Origin: Longimicrobiales bacterium | GTDB taxonomy: Bacteria; Gemmatimonadota; Gemmatimonadetes; Longimicrobiales; Gaopeijiaceae | DNA: 64,000 bases | Assembly (NCBI GenBank): GCA_965202805.1 | Contig: OZ241869.1 | Location: 128,001 to 192,000 of the forward strand | Direction of reading: 5' to 3' | Shown: positions 9,353 to 18,075 of the stretch, piece by piece | Layout of the letters: each line of letters starts with the position of its first letter | Numbering within the stretch: position 1 is the first letter of the stretch | Made by a program: the position numbers and the translations under genes | The notes under the pieces: generated by a model | Told to the model about the DNA's origin: nothing | What the model saw: the letters and a program-made list of their open reading frames with translations, nothing else | The model's database searches: none

Positions 9353-10630
9353 TCACCCCTCGATCGCCAGGTTCACGATTTCGCGGAAGCGCGCGACCGG
9401 ATCGCGGCCCCGCGGGGTCTGTGTGAACACCAGCACGATCAGGTTCTTCGACGGATCCACCCAGGCGCCGGTGCCGTCGGAGCCGGTGTGTGAGTACACG
9501 CCATCCTCCGAAACCGACCATCCGTACCCGTAGTAGCGCGCCGGGCCCCCGGAACCGGGGTTGGTCCGGATCTTCGGCGAGGTCATCAGCTCCACGGTCT
9601 CCTCGGAGATGATCCGCTGCCCGTCGTAGATCCCCCCGTTCAGGAACATCTGGCAGAAGATCACGTAGTCGTCGGCGGTCGAGATCATGCCGCCGGACGC
9701 GCGCACGAAGGGGACCTGGGGCGGATCGCCGGGAGTCCATCCGGGCATCCAGCCGCCCCCGCCGTCGCGCTCGTAGTAGACGACGCCCATCCGGTCCAGC
9801 TTGCCGTCCATCTTCTCCGCGACCTCGTGATGGTAGCTGTCGTGCATGCCGAGGGGCGTGTAGATCTCCTGGTCGAGGTACTCCTCGAGCGGCATCCCCG
9901 ACCCGATCTCCACCAGCGCGCCCAGGGTGTTGTAGCCCGGGTTGTTGTAGCTGTAGGTGGTGCCGGGAATCGCCTCCGCGCCCACGCCGCCGAAGCGGGC
10001 CGCTTCCAGCTGCAGGGTCGGAGCGCCTGGATGCTCGGCGGACGGCTCCATGTAGGGCTGCAGGAAGAGCGTCGGGATGCGGAGCCCGCTCGCGTGCGAC
10101 AGCAGATGGCCGATGTTGATGAAGCCGGCGCGATAGTTGTCCCAGGACGGCATGTGTTCGCGCACCAGGTCGTCCCAGGCCAGCTTCCCGTCCTCCGCCA
10201 GCATCGCGATGGCCGTGGCCACCGGGGGCTTGGTATTGGAGGCCATGCGGAACATGGTGCCCGGCTCCATGGGGATGCCGCGCGCCTTGTCCCGCCACCC
10301 CAGCGCCTCGTGCAGCACGACCTTGCCGTCCTTCGCCACGAGCAGCACCGCGCCGACGAGGTCGCCACGCTCGATGGCCTCCTCGTAGAGCGCCACGCCG
10401 CCGGCGAGAACGCCCTCGGACATGCCCGCGTCCGCCGGCGCCGCGCGTGTGACGACGGTTCCCTGGGCGGCGACGGGGATGGCCGGCGCGAGAATGGAGG
10501 CGAGGATCAGGGCAGCGCCGAGAAGGGTGGCGGAGCGGCTCGCGCTGGACCTACGGACGTCGGGGGGAGGCGTTGCGGAGGATTGGTCGCGGGAGAGTTC
10601 GCGGCGCAGGTGTGTGTGGGAACGCGTCAT
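9353..10630 (-). CDS. Secreted serine hydrolase, beta-lactamase class C-like family
   Basis: ASNTK (SxxK), LLSHASG, YSYNN, HTGSDG. Confidence 0.9.
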   Translation of the reverse strand: MTRSHTHLRRELSRDQSSATPPPDVRRSSASRSATLLGAALILASILAPAIPVAAQGTVVTRAAPADAGMSEGVLAGGVALYEEAIERGDLVGAVLLVAKDGKVVLHEALGWRDKARGIPMEPGTMFRMASNTKPPVATAIAMLAEDGKLAWDDLVREHMPSWDNYRAGFINIGHLLSHASGLRIPTLFLQPYMEPSAEHPGAPTLQLEAARFGGVGAEAIPGTTYSYNNPGYNTLGALVEIGSGMPLEEYLDQEIYTPLGMHDSYHHEVAEKMDGKLDRMGVVYYERDGGGGWMPGWTPGDPPQVPFVRASGGMISTADDYVIFCQMFLNGGIYDGQRIISEETVELMTSPKIRTNPGSGGPARYYGYGWSVSEDGVYSHTGSDGTGAWVDPSKNLIVLVFTQTPRGRDPVARFREIVNLAIEG

Positions 10631-11910
10631 GGCGAGGAGCCTCCTGTCGTCAGAACCAGGTACTTCAGCGCGAACGAGCCGATCCAGTGGGATCCGGCGT
10701 AGTCGGCGTCGAACATGGTGTCGTAGCCGGTGCGGGCGTGATCGGTCGCCAGCGCCCGGAGCTGTGGGGCTCGCGGGTCACCGCCGGGAAGCGCCGCCGC
10801 AATGCGCAGCATCGCATCCGCGCGGGTAAACGCGAGCCCGATGAGGTGGGAATAGGTGCCGTACGCGGACCGCAGCGAGTCGTTGGTGACCACATCGCCG
10901 CCCTCGGGGGGCTCGTCCTCCCCCGCGCCCGCCGGATTGGTCTCGCGCAGCGGCTCGAACTGGTCGGAGTCGAGCGGAGGAAGAAAGCCGTCGAGCCACG
11001 CGGCGTAGGGCTCCGGGTCCAGCACCATGCCCATGAGCGCAGCCTCCTCCAGGCAGGGCGAGAGGAAGTCGGAGCGGCCGGGCTCGTAGGCGACCGGGCA
11101 GTTGCGGTCCTCACCGAAGAAGCGCTCGGCGGACATGCGCAGGGTTTCTGCCAGTTCGGGGCGTTCCGCCATCTCCTCCGCCTGCAGGGCTGTAACGATG
11201 GCAAAGGCGGTGTTGGGGTGGACGCCGGTGCGCACCGGTCGTTCCAGCTCCTCGAGATAGTCGATGAGGCGGTCGCTCAGGTGGCTGACCACGGGTTCGA
11301 GGCGCTCGGCCCACCTGGCGGCGAAGGGATCGTCCCACGACGCCAGCTCCCCGTGCAGCAGCAGGAGCCAGACCCAGCCGTAGGGCCGCTCGAAGGACGG
11401 GTTGTCCGAGAGATACTCGAGTTCGCCGGCGAGGGCTTCCTCGGAGAGATGGTCCCGCAACTTCTCGCGGATGAGCGGCGCCACGGGCAGTTCCGGCATC
11501 TCCTTCACCAGCCGCACCATGGCCCATGTCGAGTTCACCGCCGAGTGCCAGTCCCAGCAGCCGTAGAAAGCGCGGCTCTGGTCGAAGTCGCGGCGCCGCG
11601 AGTAGCTGATGTCGTCCAGGTAGCCGGCCCGGTCCGGTCGCAGCGCGTGGGGCCGATCCACGCAGGAGAGGGGCATCGCGGCGAGGGACAGCGCGGTCTC
11701 CAGGTCGAGCATCGGACCGGAGTCGGGGCCGGTGGAGCTCGGGGCCGACGCCGCGGCCGGGGCATCGGGGTCTTCCACGGGCTGGTCCGGAGCATCGGTC
11801 GCACACGCCGCGACAAGGACGGCCGCCGCGGGGGCGAGAGCGGACCGTACTGCGTGGTGGAACCGGAGGCAGGGGCGGGGCGGGGCCGCGTCGTTCTGTG
11901 TGTCGCTCAT
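10627..11910 (-). CDS. DUF2891 family lipoprotein
   Basis: FYGCWDWHSAV, FERPYGWVW, RTGVHPNTAFA, DFLSP, YAGSHW; lipobox VAAC. Confidence 0.85.
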   Translation of the reverse strand: MSDTQNDAAPPRPCLRFHHAVRSALAPAAAVLVAACATDAPDQPVEDPDAPAAASAPSSTGPDSGPMLDLETALSLAAMPLSCVDRPHALRPDRAGYLDDISYSRRRDFDQSRAFYGCWDWHSAVNSTWAMVRLVKEMPELPVAPLIREKLRDHLSEEALAGELEYLSDNPSFERPYGWVWLLLLHGELASWDDPFAARWAERLEPVVSHLSDRLIDYLEELERPVRTGVHPNTAFAIVTALQAEEMAERPELAETLRMSAERFFGEDRNCPVAYEPGRSDFLSPCLEEAALMGMVLDPEPYAAWLDGFLPPLDSDQFEPLRETNPAGAGEDEPPEGGDVVTNDSLRSAYGTYSHLIGLAFTRADAMLRIAAALPGGDPRAPQLRALATDHARTGYDTMFDADYAGSHWIGSFALKYLVLTTGGSSP

Positions 11911-12151
11911 CGATGCAATGTCCTGACAGGTGTGCCTGCGACCGGGCGTCGAACCGGGCGCCGAGCGTGCCTGGATGCCGCCGCCAGCTTCAGCCGCCGG
12001 TGCATTCCATGCGGTTAGCATTCAAGACCACCTGTCGACGGTCAAGTTGGCCGTTCCGCCCCCCTTTCCGGGCTTGACATGGGCGGTCTCGCGCCTGCAT
12101 GGTAAGGAATCCTTGTATCCCGGCATCATGGGACCAATGGGAGAAGGAACC

Positions 12152-12376
12152 ATGCTCGCAAAGCTCACGTCAAAGAATCAGCTTACCCTTCCCAAGGCCG
12201 TCATCTCCACCTTTCCGGACACGGAGTACTTCGATGTCACACGGGAGCGCGGTCGCATCATCCTGACGCCCGTGCGGCTTACGAGGGCCCATGCGGTTCG
12301 CGCCAAACTTGCGGAACTCGGTCTTTCCGAGGCGGATGTCGACCGGGCCGTGGTTTGGGCGCGCCGAGGTGAATGA
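12152..12376 (+). CDS. AbrB/MazE/SpoVT-family antitoxin
   Basis: MLAKLTSKNQLTLPK...GRIILTPV; ATGA overlap with the PIN gene. Confidence 0.85.
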   Translation: MLAKLTSKNQLTLPKAVISTFPDTEYFDVTRERGRIILTPVRLTRAHAVRAKLAELGLSEADVDRAVVWARRGE

Positions 12377-12798
12377 GGCCGCTACGGACGGTTCTCGACA
12401 CCAATGTTCTCGTTTCGGCGTTGCTCTTTCCCGAGGGGAGCGCGAGTTGGCTGCGCCGGATGTGGCGATCCGGGGCCGTCGTGCCTCTGGTCAGCCGCGA
12501 AACGGCATCGGAGCTCGTCAGGGTACTCGGATACCCGAAGTTCAGCCTGACGCGAGATGAACGAGAGGATCTTCTCGCGGACTACCTTCCCTATTGTGAG
12601 CCGGTGGTGGTGGAGGAACCTCTGCCGCTTCCCGATTGCCGGGATCCCTTCGACCGGCCGTTCCTCGCCCTGGCGATCTCGGGCCAGGCCGATGCGCTCG
12701 CGACCGGTGACGCGGATCTGCTGGCGCTGGCGCCCGACTTTGCGGTTCCGATCATGACCCCGAGCGCGCTGAAGGAGCGTCTCTCCCGGAGAAGGTAG
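12373..12798 (+). CDS. PIN-domain toxin (VapC-like)
   Basis: VLDTNVLVSA, CRDPFD, LATGDADLL. Confidence 0.9.
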   Translation: MRPLRTVLDTNVLVSALLFPEGSASWLRRMWRSGAVVPLVSRETASELVRVLGYPKFSLTRDEREDLLADYLPYCEPVVVEEPLPLPDCRDPFDRPFLALAISGQADALATGDADLLALAPDFAVPIMTPSALKERLSRRR

Positions 12799-12973
12799 GT
12801 TGCGCGGCAGTTGCGTGGTCGGCGCCCTGGAGACCGAAACGTGGACCGGCCGGTTGGCAGGCCTTCTGCGGAGCGGGGGGGCCGTCGAGCGGACGCCCGC
12901 TCGTTCGTCTTGGTGGACTCCGGGGCGCGCGCCGTTCACATTGCACGGAAGTCCATCGCACCCGGAGGATCTC

Positions 12974-15106
12974 ATGATTCCGCGTCCCGTGTCCGTCCTG
13001 CGCCGCCTCGCCTTCGCCGCAGCGTCCCTGCCGCTCCTCGCCTTCGGTCTCGCGGGCGTACAGCCATTGACCACCGGGCTGGCCGCCCAGGAGCGGAGGC
13101 CCGTCGAACTCGAGGACTACTACCGGCTCAAGAACGCGAACAGCCCGGCCATCTCGCCCGACGGGTCGCGGGTCGCGTTCGTCATCACGTCGGTCCTCGA
13201 AGAGGAGAACCGGAGCCACAGCGGGATCTGGCTCGCGGACGCCGCGGGAGCCGGCGAGCCGGTGCGGCTTACCAGCCCGAGCTTCAGCGCCTCCGGGCCC
13301 GGCTGGTCACCGGACGGGCGCCTGCTCGTCTTCACCTCGAACCGCCCGGGTCCCGATGGCGAGAGCGGCGGCAGCACCTGGTTCCTGCGCATGGACCAGC
13401 CCGCGGGCGAGGCCTTCCGGATCGAGGGGCTGAGCGGGTCGCCGGTGTTCAGCCCGGACGGCGATTGGATCGCGTTCACCCGGCCCACTCCGCCCGATCC
13501 GGGCCCCGAGCCCGAATACGCCTCCGACTTCGAGCGCCGCACGGTCGAGCGCTTTGACGGGCGCACCTACGACTGGATGAACTACCGCTTCGACCGCCGC
13601 GGCTACCTGGACGATCCCCGCGACCCCGCCGCCACCCCCCCGCGGGAGGTGTACCTGCTGCCGGCCACCGGAGGTGAACCCCGCCGCCTGACCGACCTGA
13701 ACGTGGACGCCTCCGGGCTGGCCTGGAGCCCCGACGGCAGCCGCCTCGCCTTCACCGCCGACGCGCACCAGCGCGACGAGCTCAGCTACGAGCGCGCGGA
13801 CCTCTGGACCGTCGACCTGGACGGCGCCGTCACCCGCCTCACCGACGACGAATACAACTACTCATCGCCCGCCTGGTCGGCAGACGGCGGGCGCATCGTG
13901 GTCCGCGGCAACGAGGGGCTGGACGTGATCATCCGGGAGGGACGTGACCGCGGGGCGGCCAACGACCTCTTCGCCTTCGACCCCGACGGCGGTGGCCGGA
14001 GCAACCTGACCGCCGACTGGGACCTGATCCCCGGCGGGCCCGTCACGTCCCCCGACGGGCGTGTCTACTTCTCAGCCGGCGTCAGCGGCAACACCCACCT
14101 CTTCCGCGTGCCCGTGGACGGTGGCGCGGTCGAACAGGTCACCGGGGGCGACCGCCGGCTGGCGGGCTTCTCCTTCTCGGCGGACTTCTCGCGCATGGCC
14201 TACCGCGCCACCGCCCCCACCCAGCCCGGCGACATCCATGTCGCGCCGCTCTCGGGCGGCACCGAGACCCGGCTGAGCGAGGTGAACGCGGCGCTGCTGG
14301 CCGAACTCGACCTCTCCGAACCCGAGAACCTCATCTTCCACAGCCCCGACGGAACCGAGGTCGAAGGCTGGATGCTGCCCGCGCGCGGCTACGGGGCGGG
14401 GAGCGGGGACTTCCCCATGATCCTCCAGATGCACGGTGGGCCGCACGGCATGTACGGCAACGACTTCTCCTTCGACCGGCAGCTGCTGGCCGGGCAGGGC
14501 TACATGGTCCTCTACACCAACCCGCGCGCCTCGACCGGCTACGGGGAGGATTTCCGCTGGGGCACGTGGGGCGGATGGGGCTTCAACGACTACGACGACC
14601 TCATGGCCGGCGTCGACCACGCCCTCGAAAGCTACCGCATCGACACCGGGCGCATGGGCGTGACCGGGTACTCCTACGGCGGCTACCTGACCAACTGGGT
14701 CATCACCCGGACCGACCGGTTCGCGGCCGCCATCGCCGGGGCCTCCATCTCCAACTGGGTGAGCGACTACGGCGTCGCCGACATCCCCCGCACCAAGGAG
14801 AGCGAGTTCTACGGGCCCCCCTGGGAGGAGCGCGGGCTCGAGAACCTGCTGCGCTCCTCGCCCATCATCCACGCCGACGGGGTCACCACACCGACCCTCT
14901 TCGTGCACGGAGAGTCCGACCATCGGGTTCCCATCGAAGAGGCCGAGCAGATGTACGTCGCCCTGCACAAGCAGGGGGTCCCGGCGAAGTTCGTGCGCTA
15001 TCCCGATTCCTACCACGGCGGCTGGACGCCCTGGCGCATGGTGCACCGCACATGGGTGCAACTCGAATGGTGGGAGCAGTGGCTGAACGCGCGGCCGGCG
15101 ATGTAG
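12974..15106 (+). CDS. Secreted S9 family peptidase
   Basis: Signal peptide, WSPDG repeats, HGGPH, GYSYGG, GESD, DSYH; GGAGG RBS. Confidence 0.93.
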   Translation: MIPRPVSVLRRLAFAAASLPLLAFGLAGVQPLTTGLAAQERRPVELEDYYRLKNANSPAISPDGSRVAFVITSVLEEENRSHSGIWLADAAGAGEPVRLTSPSFSASGPGWSPDGRLLVFTSNRPGPDGESGGSTWFLRMDQPAGEAFRIEGLSGSPVFSPDGDWIAFTRPTPPDPGPEPEYASDFERRTVERFDGRTYDWMNYRFDRRGYLDDPRDPAATPPREVYLLPATGGEPRRLTDLNVDASGLAWSPDGSRLAFTADAHQRDELSYERADLWTVDLDGAVTRLTDDEYNYSSPAWSADGGRIVVRGNEGLDVIIREGRDRGAANDLFAFDPDGGGRSNLTADWDLIPGGPVTSPDGRVYFSAGVSGNTHLFRVPVDGGAVEQVTGGDRRLAGFSFSADFSRMAYRATAPTQPGDIHVAPLSGGTETRLSEVNAALLAELDLSEPENLIFHSPDGTEVEGWMLPARGYGAGSGDFPMILQMHGGPHGMYGNDFSFDRQLLAGQGYMVLYTNPRASTGYGEDFRWGTWGGWGFNDYDDLMAGVDHALESYRIDTGRMGVTGYSYGGYLTNWVITRTDRFAAAIAGASISNWVSDYGVADIPRTKESEFYGPPWEERGLENLLRSSPIIHADGVTTPTLFVHGESDHRVPIEEAEQMYVALHKQGVPAKFVRYPDSYHGGWTPWRMVHRTWVQLEWWEQWLNARPAM

Positions 15107-15192
15107 CGCTCCGCCGGCCCGGGCCGGGGTTTTGCCGCTCGCCCGCAAACCGGTAGATTCCCGCCCCGGAGTTTGCGCAACAAGGACCGTCC

Positions 15193-15759
15193 ATGCTCGC
15201 AGCATACATCTTCTGCCTCGTCGTGGGCGGCGGCTTCCTGCTGCTGTCGCTTTTCGGCGACTTTCTGGAAGCTGATGCGGACATCGACGCGGACGCGGAT
15301 CTCGGGATCGGGGACGCCGGCGATGTCGCGAAGCTCTTCTCGCTGCGCGCGATCGTCTACGCGCTCTTCGGGTTCGGCGCCGCGGGCTCGCTGCTGCACC
15401 TGGTGTGGGGTGGTGCCCGTCCCGGGTTGACGGCGCTTGTCGCCGGGATCACCGGACTGGCCACGGGCGCGCTGATCGGGGCGGCGTTCGGGTTCCTCAA
15501 GCGGAGCAGCGCCGGGGCTCTGCTGGGGGAACAGTCGTTCGTGGGGCTGACCGGGGAGGTGTCGCTCGAGATCACGGCGGCGAGTCCGGGTTCGATCCGG
15601 GTGCTGCGCGGCGACCGGCGCCACGGCATCCGCGCCCGACTGGACGCGAGTTGTCCTCCGGACGCGGCGCTGACCCCGGGTCAGTCCGTTGTGGTGGTCG
15701 GCATGGAATCGGGGATCGCCGCCGTGGTGCCGGTCGAGATGAAGCTCATCGATGAGTGA
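15193..15759 (+). CDS. NfeD-like membrane protein (flotillin partner)
   Basis: Three hydrophobic segments plus C-terminal OB-like VGLTGEV..PGSIRV; directly upstream of flotillin. Confidence 0.75.
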   Translation: MLAAYIFCLVVGGGFLLLSLFGDFLEADADIDADADLGIGDAGDVAKLFSLRAIVYALFGFGAAGSLLHLVWGGARPGLTALVAGITGLATGALIGAAFGFLKRSSAGALLGEQSFVGLTGEVSLEITAASPGSIRVLRGDRRHGIRARLDASCPPDAALTPGQSVVVVGMESGIAAVVPVEMKLIDE

Positions 15760-15783
15760 TAAACCAGCTGGAGGAGTGAAATA

Positions 15784-17085
15784 ATGGAATTTCTGGCCGC
15801 GCCCCTGACGATGGCCCTCGTGGTGCTGGTGGCGGTGATCGTGTTCGTCATCACCATCAAGAGCCTGATCGTGATCGTGCCCCCCAACCAGGCCGCCGTG
15901 CTCACCGGCCGCAATCGAACGTCCTCCGACGGGCAGACCGTGGGATACCGCTCCATCTCCGGAGGCCGCACGCTGCGCGTGCCCATCATCGAGACGGTGC
16001 AGCACATGAACCTCGAGACCATCCCCATCGAGGTCTCGGTCAACAACGCCTTCTCCAAGGGGAATATCCCGCTCAGCGTCGAGGCCATCGCCAACGTCAA
16101 GATTGCGTCCGAGCCCGAATGGGTCTTCAACAATGCCGTCGAGCGCCTGCTCGGGAAGACCGAGGGGGAGGTGCGCGCGCTCGCCCAGGACACCCTGACC
16201 GGCAACCTGCGCGGCGTGCTCGCGACGCTCACCCCCGAGGCCGTCAACGAGGACCGCCTCGGGTTCGCGAAGGCGCTGGCCGACGACGCCGGCGAGGACC
16301 TGGCTTCCCTGGGCTTCCATCTGGACGTCCTCAAGATCCAGAACGTGAGCGACGAGCGCGGCTACCTGGAGGCCATCGGGCGGGAGAAGTCGGCGGAGGC
16401 CATTCGCTCGGCCGAGATCGCCGAGGCGCAGGCGGAAGCGGACACCCGCGAGGCCCAGGCGGTGGCCCGCCGCCGGGCCCAGGTTCGCGAGGCGGCAGCC
16501 GCCATCAAGGTGGCCGAGGCCCAGAACGAGCTGCGCGTGCGCAAGGCCGAGCTCGACCGCGAGGGCGAGACCGCCGAGAAGATCGCGCGCGTCAAGGCGC
16601 AGGAAGCCGAGGTCGAGGCCGAGAAGATCCTCGAGATGAAGCGCGTCGAGCGCGAGGAGCAGCGCCTGCGCGCCGACGTGGTGGAGCCCGCCAAGGCCGA
16701 CAAGATGGCCGCCTTCGCCCGAGCCCAGGCGGAAGCGGCCCCGATCCTGGAGCGCGGAAAGGCCCAGGTGGAAGTGCTCAAACGGCTATATGCGGAGGTC
16801 CAGACCGGAGGAGATGCGGCCTTTGCGGTGTTCATGGCCGAGAAACTGCCGGAGCTCCTCGAGATCGCCGTTGGTGCGGTGGAAGGGGTCGACATCGACC
16901 GCGTCGTGGTCATGGACGGGGGGGAAGGCGAAGGTGTCTCCAACGCGCTCAACCAGCGGGTCCGGGGCGCCTACGGGACGCTCGAGGGACTGGCCTCGGT
17001 GCTCGGCCTCGACATCCAGCAGGTATTGAGCCGGGCCGCGGGGGTGGCGCCGGCGGAGGCTCCTCGCGAGCTCCCGTCGGGGTGA
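15784..17085 (+). CDS. Flotillin/SPFH domain protein
   Basis: N-terminal TM, GGRTLRVPIIET, GNLRGVLATLT, Ala/Glu coiled coil. Confidence 0.92.
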   Translation: MEFLAAPLTMALVVLVAVIVFVITIKSLIVIVPPNQAAVLTGRNRTSSDGQTVGYRSISGGRTLRVPIIETVQHMNLETIPIEVSVNNAFSKGNIPLSVEAIANVKIASEPEWVFNNAVERLLGKTEGEVRALAQDTLTGNLRGVLATLTPEAVNEDRLGFAKALADDAGEDLASLGFHLDVLKIQNVSDERGYLEAIGREKSAEAIRSAEIAEAQAEADTREAQAVARRRAQVREAAAAIKVAEAQNELRVRKAELDREGETAEKIARVKAQEAEVEAEKILEMKRVEREEQRLRADVVEPAKADKMAAFARAQAEAAPILERGKAQVEVLKRLYAEVQTGGDAAFAVFMAEKLPELLEIAVGAVEGVDIDRVVVMDGGEGEGVSNALNQRVRGAYGTLEGLASVLGLDIQQVLSRAAGVAPAEAPRELPSG

Positions 17086-17202
17086 TGGCTCGCAGGCGGG
17101 ATCGGGCTCTTCGGGACGGGGTGGCCGAAACGGCCGGGCATCCCCTGTCGTAACGAGCCGTATTCGTGTAGCATCCCCTCGCATTCCCAGGGAGCCCGCA
17201 TC

Positions 17203-17370
17203 ATGATCTGGAAGCTGATCACGAGGAAGGGAGGCGTGTTCGACAGGCCGCGCGTTCAGAAGCCGCGCAAGCCGAAGCCGCCCACCGCCGAGAAGCCCGA
17301 CAACCCGTTCCGTCTTCCGAAGCCGCCCGCCCCTCCGGGGTACGAGTGGCGGCGACGAAGACACCGCTGA
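17203..17370 (+). CDS. Small Pro/Lys/Arg-rich hypothetical protein (55 aa, below the ORF-track cut-off)
   Basis: GGAG at 17191, ATG 17203, MIWKLITRKGGVFDRPRVQKPRKPKPP...WRRRRHR, TGA 17368-17370, 9 nt before the next gene. Confidence 0.5.
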   Translation: MIWKLITRKGGVFDRPRVQKPRKPKPPTAEKPDNPFRLPKPPAPPGYEWRRRRHR

Positions 17371-17379
17371 GCGCCGCCC

Positions 17380-17892
17380 TTGAAGAGGATCCTTCTGCTC
17401 CGCCACGCCAAGTCCGACTGGAAGGACTACACTCTTGCGGATTTCGACCGGCCGCTCGCGCCACGCGGACGCGCGGCCGCACCCCGCGTCGCAGCCTGGA
17501 TCCGGGACCGCGACCTGGTTCCCGACCGGATACTGTGCTCGGCCTCCCGTCGAACCGCGGAAACCTGGGAACGCATGGTGCCGGAGTTGGGAGAGGTACC
17601 GGTCGTCTACAGGCGGGCCCTCTACCACGCATCGACGCAGGCGATCCTGAAACAACTGGTCCAACAGGACGACGAGGCGAACACGGTGGCGGTGATCGGG
17701 CACAACCCGGGCATCGCCGAATTCGCATACAGCTATTCCGTTTTCGGCAGCAAGAAGAAGATCGCCCGAATGCGGCGCAAGTATCCCACCGGCGCCCTGG
17801 CCGTCCTCTCGTTCCGGATCGACCGCTGGGCCGATCTCCCGGGGGCCAGCGGCACCCTGGAATACTACGTGCGCCCCAAGCAGCTCAGGTAG
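17380..17892 (+). CDS. sixA: SixA-like histidine phosphatase
   Basis: LLRHAKS, DRPLAPRG, RTAET, IGHNPG; TTG start. Confidence 0.88.
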   Translation: MKRILLLRHAKSDWKDYTLADFDRPLAPRGRAAAPRVAAWIRDRDLVPDRILCSASRRTAETWERMVPELGEVPVVYRRALYHASTQAILKQLVQQDDEANTVAVIGHNPGIAEFAYSYSVFGSKKKIARMRRKYPTGALAVLSFRIDRWADLPGASGTLEYYVRPKQLR

Positions 17893-18075
17893 CCGGGAAC
17901 CTCATGTAGCCCGGGCGTCCGCCGACGCGGGCGTCACGGCCCGCCGGCCAGCGTCGCGTAACGCGGTGGCGGTGCGAGCCACGCCGATCCCTGCTTTGCC
18001 GGATTCTGCCGTCCCGGGTAGCTTTCGCAGGGCCGACAGGCGAACTCCAGTGCGCTTCTCGCGCGAGGTTCAGGC

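Noticed and set aside
3693..10630. Beta-lactam resistance locus (BlaI/BlaR plus beta-lactamase-like gene)
   Set aside because: The M56 protein has no penicillin-binding sensor domain, and the SxxK hydrolase is unlinked and lacks the operator motif
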